Positions 58,352 through 64,000 of a stretch of 64,000 nt of DNA are shown here, one piece after another. The stretch covers positions 2,721 through 66,720 of the forward strand of contig JANLPS010000208.1 in assembly GCA_031367385.1 (NCBI GenBank), given 5' to 3'. Numbering within the stretch: the first letter of the stretch is position 1; every line of letters begins with the position of its first letter. The translations under genes were made by a program, and so were the position numbers. The notes under the pieces are model-generated. The model was not told the origin of the DNA and did no database searches. It was given only the letters and a program-made list of their open reading frames with translations. Origin of the DNA: Archangium sp. GTDB lineage: Bacteria > Myxococcota > Myxococcia > Myxococcales > Myxococcaceae.

Positions 58352-60148
58352 ATGACGATTTCAATTCAGCGTGGGCGGCAGTTCGCGGTCGGCGAGTCAC
58401 CGGTGTTCGACGAAAAGGGCAAAGACGGCGGCTACTTGACCAAGGCGTCAGACAAGCTCGTCGCGCAGAAGATCAAAATTCAGCTCGGCACTACCAAGCT
58501 GACCACCGCCGCGGAGTGGAAGGCATTCATCGACGAGAACGCCTCGAGCGCGAAAAAGGCCGACGGCTTCACCGCCAAGTTCGGCATCAGCTTCGAAGAC
58601 TTTCTCAACGTCATCGACGACGTCGCCGCTTCGCCCGACACCGGCCTCTCGCTCGACCTCACCGCGAAGGGCACGTTGGCGAAGGCGCTCTCGCTCGACG
58701 CGGTCAAAGACGACTACGCCGCCGGCATCGCCAAAGGCGCGAAGGTGACCCTCTCGCCGGGCAATGACGCCGTGGCCGCAGGCGTCAACACCATCACCAA
58801 AGAGATTCTCAAGACCGCCCCCGACACCGACTGGCAGCGAGACCGCTCCGAGCAAGAGAACTGGGCCGACTTCCCCATCGGCAATGGCGCCGGCAGCACC
58901 TTCGACGCCAACACCGGCCCGCAGCCCTACGTGAAGCTCTTCAAGCCCAAGTGGGACGACAAAGAAGCGATGGCCTTGGTGAGCAAGTTCACCTTGCCCG
59001 TGCGCCTCGAGGTCGACCCGCTGCCCAATGACGGCCGCGAGCCGAACCTCGTCATCCCCGACCCTGAGTTCCCCAACGACCGAAGCAAAGATCAGAAGAT
59101 CTTCTTTCAAGACGGCTACGAGAACTTTCGCGACACCTATTACGACGACACCAACGAGTCGCTCAAGAAGGCCGGCGCTTCGGTGCGCGCTCGCGTTCGC
59201 TTCGACAACAAGGGCCCAGAATTCAAGCAGAAAGACGTTCGAGTGCAGGCCAAAGAGGGCCGGGTGGTCGACGGCAGCTCCAGCGCGGTGCACAAGTTCG
59301 AGTACCGCGGGCTGCCCGACGAAGACAAGGCGATGCAGATGCTCGTCAGCGGCGAAATGGAGCCCGGCAAGCCGCTCAACGTCGCCCAGAAGCTCTACAA
59401 GCTCGCCGACGAGAAGGGCACCCTGCCCGCTGATGGCAACCTCACGTTGCTGCCCAAGTACACGGTGCTTCAGAAGCGCCGCCGCACCCACCTCGATCTC
59501 GACGATGTGCCGGTGCTCGAGACCCGCCTCAAAGACCTCAAAGCAGAGGCGGCGAAGTTCACCAAAGCCGGCAAGCCCGTGCCCAAAGGGCTCGTCGACT
59601 ACCAGGCCAAGGTCGCCTCTCAGATCAAGTTCATCGGCGATGCGTCGAAGCTGATCTCGAAGTACGGCGGCGGCTCGATGTCGACCTGGGGCGATGCGTT
59701 CATCATCTCGGCCGATCGCTACAGCGTGTACGACCCGACCGCGCGCAAAGACAAGATCAACCAGCTCAAAGACGAGACCGGGCTCATCGGCAAAGGCCCG
59801 CTCCACATCGAAGCGGAGTGGGACAGTGACTCGTCAGACGTCTTCGAGAAGGCGCTCGCTGAAATGGGCACCCGCATCGAGACGGCGAAGAAGGCGTTGG
59901 CGGCGAGCCCCGCCCCCTCGGCGACCGAGAAGGCCAAGCTCCAGAAAGAACTGACCACCACCAAAGCCGACTTGAAGAAGCTCACCGGCATGCGCGATAC
60001 GATTCGAAAGGACATCGCCGCGATCGTGCAGGTGGCCAAAGATCAGCTCGTCGGTGCGGGCCTCACCCTCGACACCGAGAAGAAGTCGAAAGACGAGCGT
60101 GCGAACGAGATCGCCGACTCGACCAAGCGACCGGTCTACTGGCCGTAA
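58352..60148 (+). CDS. Lys-rich hypothetical protein with a central CYTH-like (triphosphate tunnel) core and a C-terminal coiled coil
   Basis: The central region follows the alternating-strand CYTH pattern: FFQDGYENFRDTYYDD...ASVRARVRF...VRVQAKEG...HKFEYRG...VLQKRRRTHLDLD...FIISADRYSVYD...LHIEAEWD. There is no signal peptide. The antisense ORF 58448-59806 is rejected. Confidence 0.65.
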   Translation: MTISIQRGRQFAVGESPVFDEKGKDGGYLTKASDKLVAQKIKIQLGTTKLTTAAEWKAFIDENASSAKKADGFTAKFGISFEDFLNVIDDVAASPDTGLSLDLTAKGTLAKALSLDAVKDDYAAGIAKGAKVTLSPGNDAVAAGVNTITKEILKTAPDTDWQRDRSEQENWADFPIGNGAGSTFDANTGPQPYVKLFKPKWDDKEAMALVSKFTLPVRLEVDPLPNDGREPNLVIPDPEFPNDRSKDQKIFFQDGYENFRDTYYDDTNESLKKAGASVRARVRFDNKGPEFKQKDVRVQAKEGRVVDGSSSAVHKFEYRGLPDEDKAMQMLVSGEMEPGKPLNVAQKLYKLADEKGTLPADGNLTLLPKYTVLQKRRRTHLDLDDVPVLETRLKDLKAEAAKFTKAGKPVPKGLVDYQAKVASQIKFIGDASKLISKYGGGSMSTWGDAFIISADRYSVYDPTARKDKINQLKDETGLIGKGPLHIEAEWDSDSSDVFEKALAEMGTRIETAKKALAASPAPSATEKAKLQKELTTTKADLKKLTGMRDTIRKDIAAIVQVAKDQLVGAGLTLDTEKKSKDERANEIADSTKRPVYWP

Positions 60149-60153
60149 GCGCT

Positions 60154-60771
60154 TCAGCGGCGCAGGCGTCGCGACCGGCCCAGCTCGATGCCACCGCCTC
60201 CGCCGCGTTTGCGACGGGGGCGCTGTGGCCCGGGGCCGATCGGGTCGGGGCACAGGTCGTACAGGCGGCAGGTTCGGCACGCGCTGCCTCCCCACACCGC
60301 GTCGAACAGCGCCGAGACCTGATCAATCGTCTCGAAATCTTCGGTGACCAGGCCGACTTCGAAGTTTCTCGCGTCGGCGTGCTTGGCGCCCAAGCCCGCG
60401 CCGGTGAGGTTCGCGCTGCCCAGGTACAGCCACGCGCCATCGACCAGCACCGACTTGAAGTGTACCCGCGGGCAGATCTTCAAGGTGAGCCGGTTGAGCG
60501 CGTGCAGCGAGGCTTCGTGCTTGTCGAAGGCCGCGCGAAACGGCCGTGAGGGCAGCTCGGCGTGAAGCACGCGCACGGTGACTCCGCGCTTGGCCAATGC
60601 GGCGAACAAATCGACCACCGGCTTGAAGCGCCCGTCGACCTCGACCAGCATCGCCTTCACGTTCGCAGTCGAGATCAGCACCGATTCTCGGGCCTTGGCG
60701 ATGCGCTCGAGCACCACGCGGCGATAGAGCGACTCGCCCGAGAGAAACGAGAACGGCTGCTGGCTAGTCAT
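60154..60771 (-). CDS. Single-HKD phospholipase D superfamily protein (Nuc-like)
   Basis: HKD motif HFKSVLVDGAWLYLGSANLT. The C-terminal tail has CRTCRLYDLC followed by the basic PRRKRGGGGG...RSRRLRR. Its start overlaps the FNR-like gene by 8 nt. Confidence 0.8.
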   Translation of the reverse strand: MTSQQPFSFLSGESLYRRVVLERIAKARESVLISTANVKAMLVEVDGRFKPVVDLFAALAKRGVTVRVLHAELPSRPFRAAFDKHEASLHALNRLTLKICPRVHFKSVLVDGAWLYLGSANLTGAGLGAKHADARNFEVGLVTEDFETIDQVSALFDAVWGGSACRTCRLYDLCPDPIGPGPQRPRRKRGGGGGIELGRSRRLRR

Positions 60772-61513
60772 AGCTCTCGAGGTGCACGCGCTGCCGCACC
60801 AGGCCCAGCTCGTCGCGCAGCACGCCGCGAACCTCCATAAGCATCTTCTTCACGCCGCACACGTAGGCGTGGGGCTCGCCACCGAGGGCGCCCAGCTCGC
60901 TCCACAACGAGCGCACGTGCTCTTGCACGTAGCCGGTGCGGCCAAGCCACCCCACCGGCGGCCGCGAATAGGTCACCTCGAGCCGTACCCGGGGCGAGGT
61001 TCGGGTGAACGCCTTGAGCTGCTCTTGAAACAAGAAATCAGCCGGGCCACGAACCCCGAAGAGCACCCACAGCGGCGCCGTGCCGGCCTGGGCCAACGCG
61101 TCATGCAGCATGCCGCGAAACGGTGCGATGCCGGTGCCGGTGGCCACGAACAAGGAGGGCCCGTCATTCACACGGGTGAACGTGCCTTGAGGCCCCTTCA
61201 CGTCGAGCAAGGTACCGACCGAGGCATGGCACAAGAAGGTGCTGCCCGGCCCGCCCTCGACCTGGGTGACGATGAGCTCGAAGCGCGGGGTGCCATCGGG
61301 CACCGATGCGATGGAATACGAGCGCCGCAGCGGCCGGCCCTTGTCGTCGTCGAGCGGCAGAATCACGCTCACCCACTGCCCCGAGGTGAACTCGAACGCC
61401 CGCCCGTCGACGCGCTCGAGCACCAGGTGTCGCACCCGCTCGCTCATCGCCTTCGACTCGACCAACCGGGTCGAGAACGTTTCAGCGATGAGCGGGCCTG
61501 CGACTGCCATCAA
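60764..61513 (-). CDS. Ferredoxin-NADP reductase-like FAD/NAD(P)-binding oxidoreductase
   Basis: FAD motif RRSYSIAS, NAD(P) motif LFVATGTGIAPFRGML, and a C-terminal aromatic ending ESYD. Confidence 0.85.
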   Translation of the reverse strand: MMAVAGPLIAETFSTRLVESKAMSERVRHLVLERVDGRAFEFTSGQWVSVILPLDDDKGRPLRRSYSIASVPDGTPRFELIVTQVEGGPGSTFLCHASVGTLLDVKGPQGTFTRVNDGPSLFVATGTGIAPFRGMLHDALAQAGTAPLWVLFGVRGPADFLFQEQLKAFTRTSPRVRLEVTYSRPPVGWLGRTGYVQEHVRSLWSELGALGGEPHAYVCGVKKMLMEVRGVLRDELGLVRQRVHLESYD

Positions 61514-61522
61514 GCCACCAGG

Positions 61523-63331
61523 TCAGTGAATCTTGAGCTTGCCGGCCAGCTGATCAACCAGCTTGCCGGTCTTCTGGTACAGCTCGGCGTCGCGCAGCCG
61601 CTCGTAGAGACGCGCCTTGTTGGCGTTCTTGGCGATGTCTTTCTGAAACGACTTGTCGATCTCCGAGCTCTCTTTCAAGTACTCGCCGTACGCATCTTGG
61701 AGGTCTTTGCTGCCCGCGAGCACCGTGGGGTCATTCGCGAAGGCCTTCTCGACCAGGTCACGCTTGCGCGCGTACTCGCCATACCCAGATGATTTACCGG
61801 CCGATTTCGTCTCGGCAGCCGGGGGAGGCGCCTTGGCGATGGGCTCTTCGGTGATGGTCGGCTCGGGCTCCGGGTCGGCTTCTTTCTTCACCGCCGCGGG
61901 CTTCTCGGCCTTGGGGGGCTTCTCGGCCTTCTCGTTTTTCTCAGCGGCCTTCTCTGCCTTCTCGGCGGCTTCTTCAGCGGCGGCGGAGGCGGCGGCGCCC
62001 TTCTTGGCGAGCTCGGCGCGCATCTTCGCGGCGTCAGCGAGGGCCTTTCTCGCGGCCTCGGGCATCTCTGCGCCACCCGCGGCCTTTTCGGCCTCGGCGA
62101 TGGCCTTCGCGGTGGCGTCGTCGACGTCACCGGTAGCGATGTCAGCCGCGGCGATGTCACTGGCGGTCGAGTGCGAGCCGAAGCCCTGAATGGTGTGCAC
62201 CACGCCCATCACCAGGCCGTAGGCGGCGCCGAGCACCGAGAGCGCTCCGAGCACCAGCAGCACGGTGCGAAACCACTTCACGACGCCGAACGAGAGAAAC
62301 CATTGGTACGCGACGTAAATCGAGACCAGCGACGCGACGGTCATCAACAGCGGGCCAATCAAGTTGATGAACGGTATCGGCAGCGAGCCCAGAATCACGC
62401 CGAGGGCGTTGGGCACCGCGAGCACGATGCTCAACGTCATCAGCTGCAGAAAATAGTTGGTGCGCGAGCGGGCGTCAGACTCGCCTTTCAAGAAGCGAAT
62501 CAGCCACTCCATGAAGGGGTGAAACACGAAACCGGTGACGACCGCCCCGATGACCGCGCTGATCGCCGGCACGATGGGGATGAACGACATCAGCGAGACG
62601 ATGTGGCCGGGGCCGATGAGAAGGGCCAGACCGCCCGCGATGCTGCCGAGCATGCCCGTCGCCAGCAGTGCCGGCAGCGCATACCCGATGAGCTCGATGC
62701 GGCCCATCGGCTCGGCGGGTTGCTCTTCAATCGCCGTTCGCACGGTGCCCAGCGGGTTGAACAGCATCTTCGGCACGTTGACGAGGTAGTAGGCGAGGCC
62801 CTTTGGAGCGGCGACGAACATCGCGCCGAAGCCCTTCGCTGCGGGCTCGTTGCTGTCGTTGGCTTCTTCTTCGCCGTCACTCGCGGCGGGGGCGGCTCTC
62901 TTCGCAGGTGCAGCGGCCGCGGCCGGTCGCTTCGAGGGCGCGGCGGCGGGCGTGGTCTTCATCGTCGGAGCCCGTGACGGCTTGGCCGGGGCCGCCGCAG
63001 CCCTCGCGGCGGCCTTCGGGGGCGGAGCCTCTTGCTCCTCTTCTTCTTGATCAGCCTCGGCGATGCTGACCACTTCGAACTCGTTGTTGCCCACGATGAA
63101 GGTCTGGCCTTCGACCAGGGTCACCGGGCGGGGCGGGCGTTGGCCCTGGGCCACCGCGATGGTCTCGACCAACCAGTTGCCACCCTTGAGCGAGACGCGC
63201 GCCTGGCGCCGCGAGATGGAGTTGTCGTCGAGCTGAATGTCGGCGTCACCTCCGGTTCGGCCGAAGATCAGGCCCTCAGGAGGAATGATGATCTCTTCGT
63301 TCGTGTTGACGTCGCGGATGGTGACGGACAT
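61523..63331 (-). CDS. FHA-domain protein with Yip1-like polytopic membrane domain and Ala/Lys/Glu-rich C-terminal region
   Basis: Begins at the Met of MSVTIRD (63331). FHA pattern LIFGRTGGDADIQLDDNSISRRQARVSL...FIVGNNEF. Five hydrophobic helices. Low-complexity AEKAEKAAEKNEKAEKPPKAEKP. The upstream part of ORF 61523-63775 is discarded. Confidence 0.8.
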   Translation of the reverse strand: MSVTIRDVNTNEEIIIPPEGLIFGRTGGDADIQLDDNSISRRQARVSLKGGNWLVETIAVAQGQRPPRPVTLVEGQTFIVGNNEFEVVSIAEADQEEEEQEAPPPKAAARAAAAPAKPSRAPTMKTTPAAAPSKRPAAAAAPAKRAAPAASDGEEEANDSNEPAAKGFGAMFVAAPKGLAYYLVNVPKMLFNPLGTVRTAIEEQPAEPMGRIELIGYALPALLATGMLGSIAGGLALLIGPGHIVSLMSFIPIVPAISAVIGAVVTGFVFHPFMEWLIRFLKGESDARSRTNYFLQLMTLSIVLAVPNALGVILGSLPIPFINLIGPLLMTVASLVSIYVAYQWFLSFGVVKWFRTVLLVLGALSVLGAAYGLVMGVVHTIQGFGSHSTASDIAAADIATGDVDDATAKAIAEAEKAAGGAEMPEAARKALADAAKMRAELAKKGAAASAAAEEAAEKAEKAAEKNEKAEKPPKAEKPAAVKKEADPEPEPTITEEPIAKAPPPAAETKSAGKSSGYGEYARKRDLVEKAFANDPTVLAGSKDLQDAYGEYLKESSEIDKSFQKDIAKNANKARLYERLRDAELYQKTGKLVDQLAGKLKIH

Positions 63332-63424
63332 GGGCGCGCCAGACTTCTCTACCTGGCCCCGTCTGTCCACCCAAACCAGCGTCTGCGTGGCAGATCTTCT
63401 TTTTTCCGAGTAACTCCCGGCGCC

Positions 63425-64000
63425 ATGCTTCCCGTCATTTACCGGTTCACGTTCTCGACACCGGGCGAAAAAGCGCTGTTGTACCTTGTAGCCCTGGCCC
63501 TGGTCGTCTACGCCGCGTGGTCTGGCTGGCGCAATGCCACCAGCATCACCGCCGCCGGCGTCATCGGCGAGCCCGCCCGCCAAGACCGCGTCAACCGAGC
63601 GCTGATGTACGGGCTGATCGGCACCGTGCTGGCGGTGGTGGGCCTCTACTTCGCATTGCCCGAGCTGCCACTTCTCGGCAAAGGCAAAGGCGAGGGCGTG
63701 CCGATTCACACCTATGGCGTGCTGGTGGGCGCGGGCTTCATCACCGCAGTCACCGTGGCCTCGTGGCTCGCGCAACGTGAATGGCCGGGCGAGCTGGGTC
63801 TCAAGCGCAGAGATCAGCTCTTCGACATGGGCTTCTACGCCTTCGTCGGCGCGATGGTCGGCTCACGGGTGCTGTTCATCATCGTGAATTACAAAGACTA
63901 CGCGGCGCAGCCTTCGAAGATCTTCGACTTGGGCGGCGGCTTGGTCTTTCAAGGCGGGCTGATCGGCGCCTCGCTCACCGCGTATTGGTACGCAAAGAAG
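63425..64000 (+). CDS. lgt: Prolipoprotein diacylglyceryl transferase (partial, runs off the window)
   Basis: ATG at 63425. The frame is open to the window edge and so is absent from the ORF track. It reads ...IHTYGVLVGAGFITAV...FDMGFYAFVGAMVGSRVLFII...FDLGGGLVFQGGLIGASLTAYWYAKK, typical Lgt motifs, preceded by an N-terminal extension of about 75 aa. Confidence 0.85.
   Translation, partial: MLPVIYRFTFSTPGEKALLYLVALALVVYAAWSGWRNATSITAAGVIGEPARQDRVNRALMYGLIGTVLAVVGLYFALPELPLLGKGKGEGVPIHTYGVLVGAGFITAVTVASWLAQREWPGELGLKRRDQLFDMGFYAFVGAMVGSRVLFIIVNYKDYAAQPSKIFDLGGGLVFQGGLIGASLTAYWYAKK

Noticed and set aside
58448-59806. 452-aa minus-strand ORF
   Set aside because: Antisense shadow of the CYTH-like gene. 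The composition is repetitive (Leu/Val/Gly/Arg) with no recognisable motifs.
63332-63775. Upstream extension of the FHA-protein ORF (750 aa total)
   Set aside because: The His/Arg/Gly/Asp-rich translation overlaps the divergently transcribed lgt start. The FHA domain begins at the Met at 63331.

Overview
This is a high-GC chromosomal segment (by eye about two-thirds G+C) with dense coding on both strands. The family content includes a TIGR02265/DUF2378 paralog, several eukaryotic-like Ser/Thr kinases, FHA, PilZ and GGDEF proteins, TPR proteins, and many secreted or lipoprotein peptidases of families S41, M23, M16, M3 and S8. I infer a Myxococcota-type deltaproteobacterium from this; that assignment is not shown directly. 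I can support about 55 protein-coding genes. They include ftsE-ftsX-M23 peptidase-hydrolase-S41 peptidase, dcd, etfBA plus an acyl-CoA dehydrogenase, a short transaldolase, kdsD-like, a class V aminotransferase, rarD, a truncated globin, ltaE, a P450, an ABC-F ATPase, rsuA, prs, an ALDH, a CrtI-family oxidase and lgt (partial at the 3' edge). I recognised no rRNA, tRNA, CRISPR array, transposase or integrase. The long Arg/Ala/Gly-rich antisense ORFs in the track are the usual off-frame artefacts of high-GC DNA. The observations I think most worth following up are these. (1) A 2.6-kb segment (47455-50078) is bracketed by a 37-bp direct duplication of the rsuA 3' end and carries a vWA/DUF3520 gene remnant plus a Ser/Thr kinase with atypical codons. 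(2) A GNAT-like domain is fused to a PP-loop (SGGVDS) ATP-pyrophosphatase domain in one 537-aa ORF. (3) Two tandem paralogous PDZ / polytopic membrane / GAF / Ser-Thr kinase genes are present, and the first is broken by a 1-nt frameshift. (4) A Lys-rich orphan protein with a CYTH-like core sits divergent from a helical-repeat protein and convergent with an FHA-membrane / FNR-like / PLD-like operon. (5) Two adjacent TGAACC-N4-GGTTCA palindromes lie upstream of a large S8 / P-domain protease. (6) A heptamer-repeat element occurs twice in inverted orientation, 37.5 kb apart. (7) A 30-bp perfect hairpin starts 3 nt upstream of the prs stop codon and contains it. All start codons are best guesses, and no similarity search or computation could be run.
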